A DNA stretch of 58,254 nt, taken from NCBI GenBank assembly GCA_018398765.1, contig JAHBMJ010000055.1, forward strand, positions 1 to 58,254, written 5' to 3'. Positions 39,828-52,634 of the stretch are shown here, in pieces; position 1 is the first letter of the stretch, and each line of letters opens with the position of its first letter. Origin of the DNA: Chromera velia (Eukaryota). The notes under the pieces are model-generated. The model searched no databases. It had not been told where the DNA came from and was given only the letters and a program-made list of their open reading frames with translations. Made by a program: the position numbers and the translations under genes.

Positions 39828-41071
39828 GAGAAAAAAAAACAGATCTGACTTTCAAAACTACTTCAAGACTACAAATCTCGATATCTGCACAACCAGTGGA
39901 CCTTTTGGATCGCTTTCAACGCGCCGTTGTGATCAAGACAATGGGTTTAGAGAGTTGAATGCACTACTTTGATGCGTAGCCGACTATTCGGAAACATCAG
40001 AAATAAGTCGGCTATCTGGCGCCGGGGGGGGGGTATTCATGCCGGGGCCGCCGCCCGCATGCGTTATAAATAAGTAGATAAATAAATTGTAGAGCCTCTA
40101 TCAACGTGCCAAATATGACTATAGTTAAATTAAACACTAGACCTATAGCATTAGACAGTCTAGACTCGTGATTAGAGGCTTAAATAAAGGCTGACGGGGG
40201 CGTAACTTACGCGATGACCGTGACGTATAATTATGATGATGATGACTATTAAATAAATAAACAATAGTATAGCTTAGCAAGAATAACTTTGAATGATGGT
40301 GCGATATAGATAATGATGCCTTGTATGATGCCATAATGATGGCTTACAGACCATGCAACCAATCTAGCAACAAATAATAATATTAATGATGACGACGACG
40401 ACGACGATGATGATGAATATGATGAAACTATATGAAATTGCTATGTAAATTCTTACCTGTAGTTTTGTTCTCTGCACTGGCACCTAGTTCTGCACAAAGA
40501 GGATTCAGAGGCTTTTGAGTCTCTTTCCCCGAAAAGGCAATGAATAAAGAGATAGAGGAGAGAAAAAGGCACGTGAAGTGTACTTCTTGCTAAACTGAGC
40601 ATGGATGACCATCTATGACCGTCCCCTCGACCCCAGCTCAGACTGTATGCCTCGCGGACCTTGGCTGCGCCTAGGCCTGTGCGGCGTCTCCATGCATTCA
40701 TTCCAGTGTATGCATGCATGAGGTTAGCAGGCTTTTTTTTAATTCATTGATGGACTCCGCTTTCCCTCCTGTATGTCAATTGTCTCATCGCGTTCTGTCC
40801 CTTTTGAAAATTTCGCTTTCGTGTCCTCCCTTTCCGACTTTTGCAATCTAGTAGAAAATGCAAAGTGCATTTTCCCCGTTCTTCCAGGGGTGTGTGAAGG
40901 AGACCGAACATAAACCCCCCCCCCTGAAGTGTGAACTCCTTCTTTCAAGTTGCTAGGTGAATTTTCGTGTGTAACGCGTTCGTGTTCCAGTTTGTCTTTT
41001 TGCTTCTCTCTCCTCCTCTCGTTCATTCTACTGCACAAAGGAGTTGCAAATTCCACTTGAGTGGGTGAGCT

Positions 41072-41504
41072 CTACATGATGGTGCAGCACTTCGACTTCC
41101 CGCTGTTGTCATCAGCCTGCGAACAACCAGGGGAGGCAAACGAAGATAAACTCAAGATGAGCCGTCTCATTGCTACGACCTCTTTCTTTCTACCCTCCTT
41201 ACCCTGCCGGCAGAGGGTAGGAGTACTGGAAAAGATGCGAACAAAATAAAAGGCGCACAAGCAAGTAAGCAGGCAGACAAACAGCATGTCTGAAAGAGGC
41301 GACAGACATTTTTCGGGCGCGCATGATTGATTTAAAAGGAAAACTGAATCAGTAAAAAACAAGGAAGACAGACAGGTCGGCATGCAAACACTTCACAAAA
41401 AATTCTAATTCCCTTGTCCGTGGGATCCGTTTAAGAGTCGATGATTTAATGTTCGTCAAATTTGCAAAAAACTGACAGACAGACAGACAGACAGACAGGC
41501 AGGC

Positions 41505-41566
<62 letters not shown>

Positions 41567-44161
41567 ACAGACAGACGGACAGGCAATATGATTCTTTCTT
41601 TCTTTTTCCTTTCAAACAAAACCACACAAACAGGCAGACGGCATGGCCTCTTACCCCCCCCCCCCCNNNNNNNNNNNNCTTGACAGGCATACAGAGAAAC
41701 AGACGACAATATGCTTTCTTTCTTTTCCGGTCCACTGACAGACAGAGAGACAGGCAGGCAGAGAGACAGCTAGGCCAACAACTGACCGGAGGCTTCGGAG
41801 TCGTTGAGTTTAAATTTCCTTCTCCCTCCTCTGCCCCGTCTCCTGTTTTCTTCTGTTCTCCCCCCTGCCCAGAGTCCTTCTTTTCCGATGCCAGCTGCAA
41901 ATAGAGAGAGAAGACAAGTGGGACGGGTGGAGCGATGCAGTCAATGTAAAGTCCATGTATCAAATGACGGCAGGCAGCAGAGAGACGGGTTCCTGTCGCG
42001 CTGGATACCCACTCGGAAAGGAAAGGGAAGGGAAGAAAAAAAAGGTAAAAAATTATGAGTGTTTTTCTTTGCTTGAGACTGCAGGCTCCTCTTTGTAGAA
42101 AAGGAAAGAAAGAGATACTGGACAGCAACAAAGACCTATGCACCACCATCGGTGCATCTATTCACTTCCCTGTCCTCTCTTTCTCTCTACCTTTTTTTTC
42201 TCATGAATTTTTTTTCTTGGATGCCGACCTTCGTCTTGAGCTCCTCGATTTCCTTGTCTTTTTTCTGCAATCGCAGTTAATCGGAGAAATCCGAGAGGGA
42301 GGGAGGGAGATGTGATCAAATGCAAGAGAAAGAGGGAGGGGAGAGACGTACGCAAATTCATAAGAAAGAGTGCTGAAAGAGATTGTGCAATCCGTGTGGT
42401 TTTTCTTTCATCCATAGCTTTCTTCAGATAAGAGGCAGAAGAGAAAAATGGAGAAAAGGGAAACATCCATCGAGCTACTTATTCAGAGACTTAAATGAAA
42501 ATGTTTTCTGGATGCAAATGAAGCTTTCTGTGAATCTCAAAGTCCATTTCAACTGCAAATCTTGTGAAAGGAGAAAGCAAAGGGACATGCAGACCTCCAA
42601 TTTTTCTTCAAAGATTGGCACGGCGGCTGAGAGTCGTTCGTTTTTCTTTTGTTCCTCCACCAGCGCTCTCTTGATGTCCTCCTCAGAACCGAACCACGCA
42701 TCTGCGTGTTTGTTCAGATGTTCGTCGTCCGGCTTCTTTTCCACAGGCTGGCTTCCGCCCTGCTGCGCCGCATCCTGCAAGAGGGAAAAAGGGTACACGC
42801 ATCGAAAGGGGAAAAGGAGACGGTCAGCTTTAAAGAAGAAAAAAAAGTGAAGTAGGGAGAAAAGAAAAGAAAGGCGCACCGGTCCAGAACAAACAAAGAT
42901 GGAGGATTGATGTGTTGAGCTGGAGCAGGCCACGCCAGCACCGCGCGACCACAGGACAGAAGCGCTTGTGAATATTTTGTGTCCACTTAGACGGCAGGTG
43001 CATCAGGAGTCGGGAGTTTTCCTTCCCTTGTGACGACTCACCAATTTTTCCTGCAGCTTTGCGTTGTCTTCCTGCAGTCCTTCCACGCGGTCTTTCAAGA
43101 GCATCACCTTGTACTCTTCTTCCTTCAGTTGAGCCTGCAACGCCGCGATGTCTCCCTGCACGGCCAATCGGTTGGTGCGGTTTTTCGGTGGGTGTTCAAA
43201 AACATAAAGGAATCTACAAAATGCAATACCAATGTCAGCATCAAAAGTCTTGAACACGCACCCTCAAAACACACCATTCACAGACGATGCGAACAGGAAC
43301 TGAGTCTCTCAGTGCGTACACACGGCAATGCGACCATCCACCACGGTGATGTTCCGATCGAAAGCGGAGGGACAATCATGAAACTTCAAACTTTGTTGCA
43401 GCAGGCAACAACAAAAAGAACTTTCCCCTCTCCTATTGTCTCTTCTCTTTTCTTCTCTCTCTGCGACTAACCCCTCCATCGGCCGTCCCCGCGCCCTCTG
43501 CCGCAGCTCCCGCCCCTCCTGCCGCCTGCAGCTGTTGAATTTTCGCCCTCAGTTCCTCGCACTCCCTCTTCTTCTCTTCGAGTTCCTGCTTCACCGAGTC
43601 GTGTTCCTTCACGCCCACCCACTCGCCCACGGCATCCTTGTTGTCCTCCGCTGCGATGGCAGCTGCCCCTGCTGCAAATACGGCTGTACTCTCGTTCTTC
43701 TGCACAATCTCCTTCAAGGCATCCTCCAGGCTCATGCCCTGCCCGCCCCCACTCACCGAAATGGGCTGCAAAAATGAAAACCAATGCACGCCATCTAAAC
43801 AGGACTGAACTGAAGAGATGCGTGGCAGGAAAATAAAGCGCAAGCATAGGTTCCATTGTTGTGCTACTTTCTGATTGAGGCGTCGCCCGCTCTATATTTG
43901 ATTCTTTGGCTGTGCCGTGTGTTTTTCCCCAACCATGGAGTAACGGTGGCGCATGTGCAGATCACATCTTTGTGGCATCAATCAATAGAGACTTTGGAGG
44001 CACAAAAGAAGTGTACAAATTGAAAGGAGAGACGTTTGGTCTTCTCCGGAAGCACAGACGCCTGCCAACAAGTCAACCAGCCAAGCGGAGGAGGAAACGA
44101 GTCAAACAAAAAAGAAAGCGTCTCTTCATATAGCCAGCCAGCCAGCCAGCCAAGCAGACAG

Positions 44162-44192
<31 letters not shown>

Positions 44193-44199
44193 GACAGAC

Positions 44200-44243
<44 letters not shown>

Positions 44244-47200
44244 AGGGAGAGGGAGAGGAAGAGGAAGAGGAAGAGGAAGACGAAGAGGAAGAGGAAGAGA
44301 CAGAGACTGACCCCCTTTCCGGAAGGTTTCAGATACCGCAGAGCTGTGGACGCTCCGAACACGACCCGGTCTCCGTTCGTCAGCACGACTGCGCCCTTCA
44401 GAGCCTCACCGTTGATGAACGTTGCGTTGTCTCCCTGCACAATCGTTCAACATGCCTCGGGGGAGAACATGACATGATTTCAGTATGCCTCAATTCATCT
44501 CAGGAACGTATAAATAGCCAAAGTCATATGAGGCTCTATGCATTGACAAATTCCAACATCACCTACTCGCCTCTACACAACAAACAGTCAGCAATTCGAT
44601 TTGAACAATTTGATCTTTGATATCGACTACGGGAACTATCTTCCATCCTGACAAGGGAACCTCCCAATCGACAAGGAAACATACAGCAAAGAGACCAGAA
44701 GATCCACAAACACGATCAGCAATCAGAAAAAAAAAAAAAAAAAAAGAAACATACAGCAAAGAGACCAGAAGATCGACAGATGCAATCAGCAAGAGGAACA
44801 GAGAAAGCTGTGGTGAGCAAGAGCGGGGTCTGAAAAGAGTTCTGCGGTAAGCAAGTCGAATGTACAAATTCTTCTGCAGGCACATGCAATTTCATGCCGA
44901 ACTGTGCAGCCAAAAGCTCTGTTTGCGTGTTCACTTGAGCTTCTCATTGTTCTTCGTTCCCATCAGTTGACCCGTCGCAATATGTAAAGCAAAGTCCCCC
45001 TTTTCAGTCTCACTGACACTTCAGTTCGAATGCCTGACTGACAATTGGCGAGATTGTGTCTGTCTTGGCGGTATCGTCGTGTGCAATTTTTGCGTGTCCC
45101 TCTGGAGAGATGTCTTGTGAGGGGATTTTGATGCCACTCGACTCGTCTCCCTCCACCCGCCTCTTTACAATCGTCTCTCCATCCGCGATAATCCACATCA
45201 GACAGCTCTGATCGTATCTGCAGTCAATGCGAATTTATCAATTCATGCATGCAGCCCAGCCACAGAATTCTCGCTGTCAGGAATAAAGATTTGTTCTGCC
45301 GCCCCGTTATAGTACCTTCCGCAGAATGTATGATGAGTTCATGAGTGTTTGTTTGTGTGCATGATGAGCCCAGGTACCCCCCATCCTCCAAAGAGGACCA
45401 AGACGCCTGCATTTTATCTCTAAAGCAGGACTGTGAATGCCCTCCCTGAAATAAATGAGGCACAGACACCCTCTTTCAAACGAACGAACAAACAAACCGA
45501 CCATTCATCCAAATGACAAGGCTGCATTCCACGGATCTGAACAATCGACCTGATTTACTGACAAAACACGAACAGAAAAAGCCGGAGAAGAAAAGTACAT
45601 GCCTGTGCCTACTAAGATGCCCACCCACTCACTCACCCGTTGTCTCCCAAGTTAACAAGCACGGGGCTCTCTGTGTCGATGAGGGGGGACGCATCATCGA
45701 ATGTATCCAAAATTTCCTTCGCAGACAGGCCGTGGTCGTTCAGTGCCTTCCTGAGGTCTGCCAGCTCATCGCCCGCCTCCTTGGATCTGGTCTCGAAGTC
45801 TTTGCCTTGCTGGTCGAGCATCATCTTTATCGCGGCACGGCGCTCGACCAACTCAGCCGGCTGCATGGATGGACACACAGTAGTCAGATGAAATCGTTTG
45901 TTTGTGTTGTATGTCTATCTCATTGTGCGTGGGTGAGGTCTGCTGCTGAGATAGAGAGAGGTGAGGATGTCGGAAAAAAACAGAAACCGATACTTATTTC
46001 CTGTCATTTGAAATGAAGAATGGCAAGCAGATGGAGAAAACATATGTGAATTGAAGTCAAACCAATCAACCCAGCTTTCTCTCTGTACCCGTAATGAATC
46101 TGTCTACTCACGTCAACGTCCTCGTCCTCCCCCCCGTCATCACCCCCGTCGTCCCCCTCATCCTCTTCTTCACCGTCGTCGTCGAACATTCCTGTCGTGT
46201 CCACACCTGAAGGAAGGAATGCATCACTCAACGCATGCAGCCACGCATTAGTGAATGAATGAGTATTTATGACACAAAGTCAGACAGACAGACACGCTGC
46301 GTGTTTTCTTTCTTTCCCTCCTTCTCTTCGTGTATAGAGCAGACAAAAGACGTGCAGATAGACAGATACATTTCTGTGGGTGGTGAACTAGAATGTACCG
46401 ATTGAAAGCGTGAAAAGCACTCGCTACCGAAACACTCATCCCCTCACACTCTTTCTTGACCTCTCTACGTGCGTTAATTTTTTTTTTGTTTCTTTTTTCT
46501 GGTTTAGTTGGAAAAAAGGAATCAAATTTCATTGCCTTAGCACTACATGAGTGAGTCCGAGCACCTGCTTTCTTGAGGAGTTTCTTCAGTTTCTTGTTCT
46601 CTTCCTTCAGGTTCTGTATGAGGACCTCCGTCGCACTCAGCTGCTTGACAACTTTGACGGGGATCTTTTTGCAGTTGTCGGCAAAGCGGAGAGTCGACAG
46701 AGAGTCATCGTAGTTGATGTCAGCAGGACTGAAATGAAAGGAAATGCAGAGGGGGGGGGAAATGAGAGAAACAAACAAAATAGACAGAATGAGCGGAAGG
46801 AAAGGATAAGTGACCTGATCAGCACCTTAATTGTAAGTAAGTAAAAGAAAAGGAAGAAAGAAAGCACCCCTTTCAGTCCTGAGATTTTGGACTGTCAAGC
46901 AGGCAGGCAGGCAGGTTGACAGCACTTCAGTCATCTCTTGTGTGTAAAATACACATGGAAGAATCTTCAAAGAAATCCCAAGGGAACTCGGGGACTTTGA
47001 TGCCGATCGAACAAGTCTGATTGCACGCATGCTCACCTGAGAGCAGCAATCAGAATGGTCACGGCTTGCCCATTCAGCGCATCAGAGAGCAGATGCGTTA
47101 GTTTGCACGCTCTGTAGTCCACTCGGTTTTCACCGTCCGCGAGCTGAGTGATCACTCTGCACACGCACGCACAGAGACAGGGACAGAGACAGAGACAGAG

Positions 47201-47254
47201 ACAGAGACAGAGACAGAGACAGAGACAAAGACAGAGACAGACAGACAGACAGAC

Positions 47255-47291
<37 letters not shown>

Positions 47292-50200
47292 CGCAAGCAG
47301 TCGGGATTCGTACACAAAAGCGACTCGGGACGCGAATGTTAGAATGAAGGGCAGGAAATGACGAGAAGAGAAGAGAGGGGGTACGTATGGGAAACAAAAG
47401 AAACATGTGAAATCGCACACTTATAAGAAACACAAAGTCAGGAGAAAATTTAGAAACGAACGAACGAACAGAGACCACGATCATGTGGAGAGAAGGAGGA
47501 CACGTACAGATAGATACATGAATCCATCGAGGGGCACGCAGGCAGGTAGGCAAAAGAAATACATTGACACAAATGCACTAAGATGCGTGCACAGACAGAT
47601 ACAGAGAGACGGAAGACCAACCGACCTTCCCAATGCGGAGAGAGACACGTTGATGGCAACTCCCTCTTCCAACCCGATTCCCGTCAGTCCTGTGTCTGCC
47701 GGCCTCTCGCTGCCTGCCAGATCGACCAGGTTGATTTTGGAAGAAAATCGGTCAGTCCACTCCTGCACATACACACACTCATACACACACGCATAAAAAG
47801 AAATACAGACACACACACACATACACACACACACGCGCGCGCGCGCGCAGAGAGGTCTCTGGCAAAAATCTAGGTTGACAGAGGAAAACAAAGTCCAAGG
47901 TTGCCTCCCGAGAGAATCACACGCAGATAAGAGACGTTCTCCCCCATTTGTTGGACTGTATGGATGAGTAGAGTCTGGAAATGTACAACTGAATTTGAAA
48001 GTGAAAAAGCGTGAGACTGACTCCCGACTCGTTCGTTTGTTCCGTAAATCTGATCGTGAAGACAGTGTGACCTCTGGAGGAGGAGTCGTTCATGCCCGTC
48101 TTCCGCACAGTGCGGTTGCCGTCTCCAATCTTTCGGAACTCTGCAAGGAAGGAAAGAAGGGCACACACACATATATACATATATACACACACGCGCACGC
48201 ATGCATGCAATTTTGTTCCGTGGGCCTGCCTTCGTTTCCGTTGTCAGTCTCAAGAGGAATGAGATGACGAAAAAACAAAAGGCTTTTGTCCCGAAAGAAA
48301 ACAAGTGCTCCCGAATGCGAGCGGTAGCAGTAGTAGGAAAAGGAAAAGAGACATCATCTGCATTAAAAAAAAAAATGAAGATGAGTGAGTGCCCTTCAGG
48401 AGAGGCATCCATTGGTCATCCCCCCTGGAGGGCTGTTGGAGGTTGGTTGGCTGCCCCCCTGTCCACGCGTTTACTTGATGATCTGTTCTCTTCTTGGCCT
48501 GTATGGGCCCAAAAGGATGGCCTCCAATCTTCTTCCAACTCCCCGATGAAAGCTTGGTTCAATACATCCATGTAACTATGGACGGACGGGCGGACCTTCT
48601 GCCTGTTCGTACGTCGAGCATGCTCTCCAGATCAAATTTTTGTTCTTTCTGTCCTTGGGATCATAGACAACCACCTGGTCCTTCATGTTGAAAATCTGCA
48701 ATCAATGCATGCATGTCTTATGGTAGTCAATCAATGCAGACAGACAGAGAGAGAGAGAGAGAGGGGGGGGGGGGGGGGGGGGNNNNNNNNNNNNNNNNNN
48801 NNNNNNNNNNNNNNNNNNNNNNNNNNNNNNNNNNNNNNNNNNNNNNNNNNNNNNNNNNNNNNNNNNNNNNNNNNNNNNNNNNNNNNGGGGGGGGGGGGAG
48901 GGAGGGAGGGAGAGAGAGAGGGCATGTCCGATCGATTGAGCGATTAAGTCAGGGAACGAGTCCGCATTCAGTGAAGCGAAGATTTGGTAAAACCAGCCTG
49001 TGAACGAGCAAGAAAGCGCGAGAGAAATAGAGAGAGGGGGACCGAAAGAAAGAAAGAAAGACAAACAAACAAAGAAACAAATAAACAAACAAACAAACAA
49101 ATAAACAAACAAATAAACAAACAAACAAACAAACAAACAAACAAACAAACCAAAAAAACATCCGTTATTTCTTCCGACCTTGAGAGGTCTTCTGTTTTTC
49201 TGTCGGGGTCCCAAGAGGTCAAACACGTCATCCATGTAGATTTCCAGCATGGAGATCTCAATCTGCATCCAGATCTATGAAGCTGATTTTCTGATTCTAT
49301 CCACTTGGCTTCACTGGAAGTACAATTTCTTTCCAGAAATCTTTTATTTGTCTCCTCTGAGGAGCAGACAAAAAAAGAAAACCAATTTGGCCGGGTGCAC
49401 ACATCGGTCGAGTGCCTCCTCGCAGCTACGCGGCCACACTCACCCATGGATAGAGAAAATCCATGGAAAAAGAAAGTTCCATAGCGTTGCTCCAGGTCTC
49501 ATAAAACAGATTGATGAATTGCATGAGAGAAAGATCCTTCTTGGAGACCGTAAGACTGGCTAATTGTTGCATCTAGGTGCTAATCGATTTGCGCAAGCTG
49601 GCAGGCAGGTGTTGCCCATCTGACCGTCTGTCTAAGTAAGGGGATGTCCTTTTCACATTCAACTATTGATAAACCGACTTTCACGCAGCCGTCTATTCGC
49701 ACTTTTACTCCCCCACTGTCTGACTGACGCACGCCCGAACGAACAAACGGACGTTGTATCTCTTCCCTTCTGGTGGGGTCTTGGCCTTGTTGAACATGTC
49801 CATCAGGCATCTGCATTCACCCATTCATTCATTCATTCATTCATTCATTCATTCATGTCCATCCGGCATCTGCATTCATTGATGCACGCAGGCAGGTAGC
49901 CAGCAGGCGGTTCGATAGAGGACAGAAGAGGTATTCAGATCGATCGATACACACAAACGTCTTCAAAATGTCATATGGTCGTCATGCAGGTGAACCAAAC
50001 AGGAGCGACATGATCGAAAAAATGGGGTGGAATGCCCACGAGGAGAGGACTGAGAGTGAAGATCGAACGGGTTTTCTTTGGGAATGAAGGACGGAGGAGA
50101 TATTGGAGCTACATTTTCTTTCTTTCTTTTTTTTTTTTTCTTTTTTTTTTTTTTCTATTTCTCCATGTTTGGGGAGCCCTTCAATCAAATCGATTTGATT

Positions 50201-51642
50201 GACTGAGCTTCTCTAGAGGGCTTCCCCTCATCGGGTCCACTTTACACAGGTGCAGATACAAGTGCCGCTGTCCTTTGTTCAGTTGTTCATACTTGCATGC
50301 CTAACCCCCCATCCCCCCCCCCGCCCCTCCACCTGGGGATCATTCCGATGTTGGGGGGGTAGCCGTATGTATTTACTTCTGTATGTAAAAAGAATTCTGT
50401 ATGTAAAAAGAAAAACATGCACCAAACAACCTGGGGATAATTCCAATGTTGGGGGGGTAGCCGACGACAGAGTAGGACTTTCCGCAACCTGATTGGCCGT
50501 ATGCGAAAACTGCATGCGGGAGAGGGAAGGAAGCGGGTCATTGGCAGGAAACGAAACGGAAGAAATTCCAGAGAGCGGATCCTGCCTTCCCTCCTTCCCT
50601 CCTTCCCTCCTTCCTTCCTTCCTTCCTTCCTTCCTTCCATGTTCTCTCTTTCCTCTGCCTAAACAGATTGGTCCCATGCACCCAAAAATCAGAGCACAAA
50701 GACAGAGACAGAGAAGCCCGAGAAAAGTCACCGAGCAAGCTGTCGGAAAAAAGGAGACAATGCCAAAAGGAAGAACTAGAGAGTGCTCTGGTCCTGGTGT
50801 TTGCCAGACAAAGATGCTACTCTCACTCTTTTTTTCTTTGTATACCCCTCGAGTGCACTGGAGAGAAAAACAAACAGAAACAAACGGACTCACCAGTGCA
50901 GTTGTACCCCTCCATCGAGTTCGTCAGGACGACCTTCCCCAAATCATCCCAGACCATCTCTTGACTTGTGTATTTTGAGCTCGGACTGTCTGGAATGAAA
51001 ACTCCATTTCCGTCGTCTTTGAATCTGCGTGCGTCAGTCGGCACACATTTAATGGTCTGTTTATAATGATGGTATATTCTCCTCCAGACAGTTGCGCCTT
51101 CGTCTCGGTCGACACATGTGAGTACATGTTACACACACAGGAAAGGAAGTGACGTGGACTACGCGCTTTCTGGCCTTTCTTACTGCATTTATGTATGACA
51201 GAATTGACTTACACCGCTCTCTCTGCACAGGTTGTTTTTCCGTGGATAGTCTGAGCGTGTGATCAAAGCTTCCGCCAAGACATGCACATCGGCACACAGG
51301 CGTGCAGATATCTTCCGTCTAAGAAACCCAAAAGTGACTTTGAGGGAGCGCGGCCAAACGCCAGAAGACCGCCACGTCTAAGCAACGAAAGAAAGACATA
51401 AAAAGCCACACACAGGCAAACATACACGACGACATCTCCTACACGACATACCCATCAAAGGACCAGTAGCTTCTGTCGAAGGCGTATTTCCTGGGCTCGT
51501 CCTCGCCTTTGGGGTCGTTGAGAATGGTCACGTTACCGTTCATTTCCACGCAATTCTTGCAGTTCGCCTCACGCCCCTTCGTCCACAGAGGACGAAGGCG
51601 GACGCAGACCATCACACCCTGGGGGGGGCCTTCCTCCGACAT
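41072..51642 (-). CDS. Kinesin-3 (KIF28/KLP-6-like): motor, FHA domain, coiled coil and C-terminal CaaX; 20 exons
   Basis: Exons 51452-51642, 50894-51024, 50431-50509, 49753-49810, 49179-49262, 48596-48695, 48022-48140, 47626-47762, 47037-47156, 46565-46728, 46112-46206, 45637-45860, 45043-45217, 44312-44434, 43472-43765, 43042-43155, 42595-42774, 42229-42264, 41787-41894, 41072-41116. Motifs VCVRLRP, FDRSYWSFDG, FAYGQSGCGKS, LEIY, NDSSSRGH, LVDLAGSER and LSTLRFA; FHA-like TFING..LTNGDRVVFG. Confidence 0.92.
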
Positions 51643-52634
51643 CTTCTCTTCTCTTCTCCTCTGTTGTCGTTACTCAGCTATTCACGGGACAGTAGGGAGA
51701 CACTTTGGCGACAGCAAAGCAGTCAGATAGACCCGAAAATCCGTCTTGTCAGTCTTTGGGAAATACCGCACTTTCAAGTACGGATAGCGGTCCACAGCGA
51801 GACCAGCTGACAGCGTGTTGCTATTGATATGTCAACCAACAGCGGACCTCTTTCTTGTTCTTCTTCCTCTTCTTCTCTCACGACGTTCCCTCACCCGGAA
51901 GCCTCGATTGCTCTCATTCACCTCTCTCCAGCTCCCCACACTGCATGATGACCAACCTCGAAGAACTCTTAGCTATATAGGGCAAATTAACGTATATATG
52001 TGTACGGTTTGTGTATATATATATATATATATGCATGTACGTATCGATCAGCTATAGAATTAATTTTTAAAAAAAGTCGTTTCGCGCGCTTTGTGCGCGC
52101 ATGCAGTGAAGCTGCATATGCAGCTATAGGCCGCACCTATGCATGCAGTGCGTGGCTAAAAAGGTTTAGACACGCGAGTGCATGATCGCACGAATAGAGA
52201 CGCGCGCCAACCAAAAATGCCCGTGCACATCTCTGAAGTCATCTGAAGTCAGTCGTCGATCTTCAACCCACTTACATCGGATCTCAGCTGGGCTTTCAGC
52301 AGAAAAGTGGAGCGTATCAGTCTTTCAGATCCTCCGCAGAGTCGAAAGTGAGCACAGAAGCTGGATATTCGGAAACGGAAACGCCTTCTCGCAGTAGAAG
52401 TCGCCTCTTTTTAAAAACTAACCGTGTTGAGAAGAGAGAGGATCCACTTGTGCTCTCGGATCTGCAAGAGAGTCTGGGGTGTCCCCTCTTTTTCGCAGGG
52501 AGGGAATCTGCACTCCAGGCCCTCTTTGTGTTTTTCACATAATACTATTCATCTCCTCTGGGCGTGCTGCTCGAAAGCGAAAAATTGACACACCGTTTCA
52601 AACGATTTCAAACGCTTTTTTCCTCCACGGAGAA
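51643..52634. promoter_or_regulatory. Putative bidirectional promoter (kinesin / FHA gene)
   Basis: About 990 bp between divergent ATGs; (TA)n tract; CAGCTATAG at 52049 and 52121; GCATGCA motifs. Confidence 0.5.

Larger units (their letters stand above)
35379..40063. mobile_element. TIR DNA transposon of about 4.7 kb with two convergent intron-containing genes
   Basis: Inverted repeats at 35379-35421 and 40023-40063; the first 25 nt are perfect (CGCATGCGGGCGGCGGCCCCGGCAT), followed by C/G runs. GC-rich interior between AT-rich flanks; transposase-like reading frame inside. Confidence 0.85.

Noticed and set aside
49580..49730. Possible extra kinesin exon (GGVKVRIDGCVK)
   Set aside because: Exon 49753-49810 already joins its neighbours in phase and completes the motor alignment.
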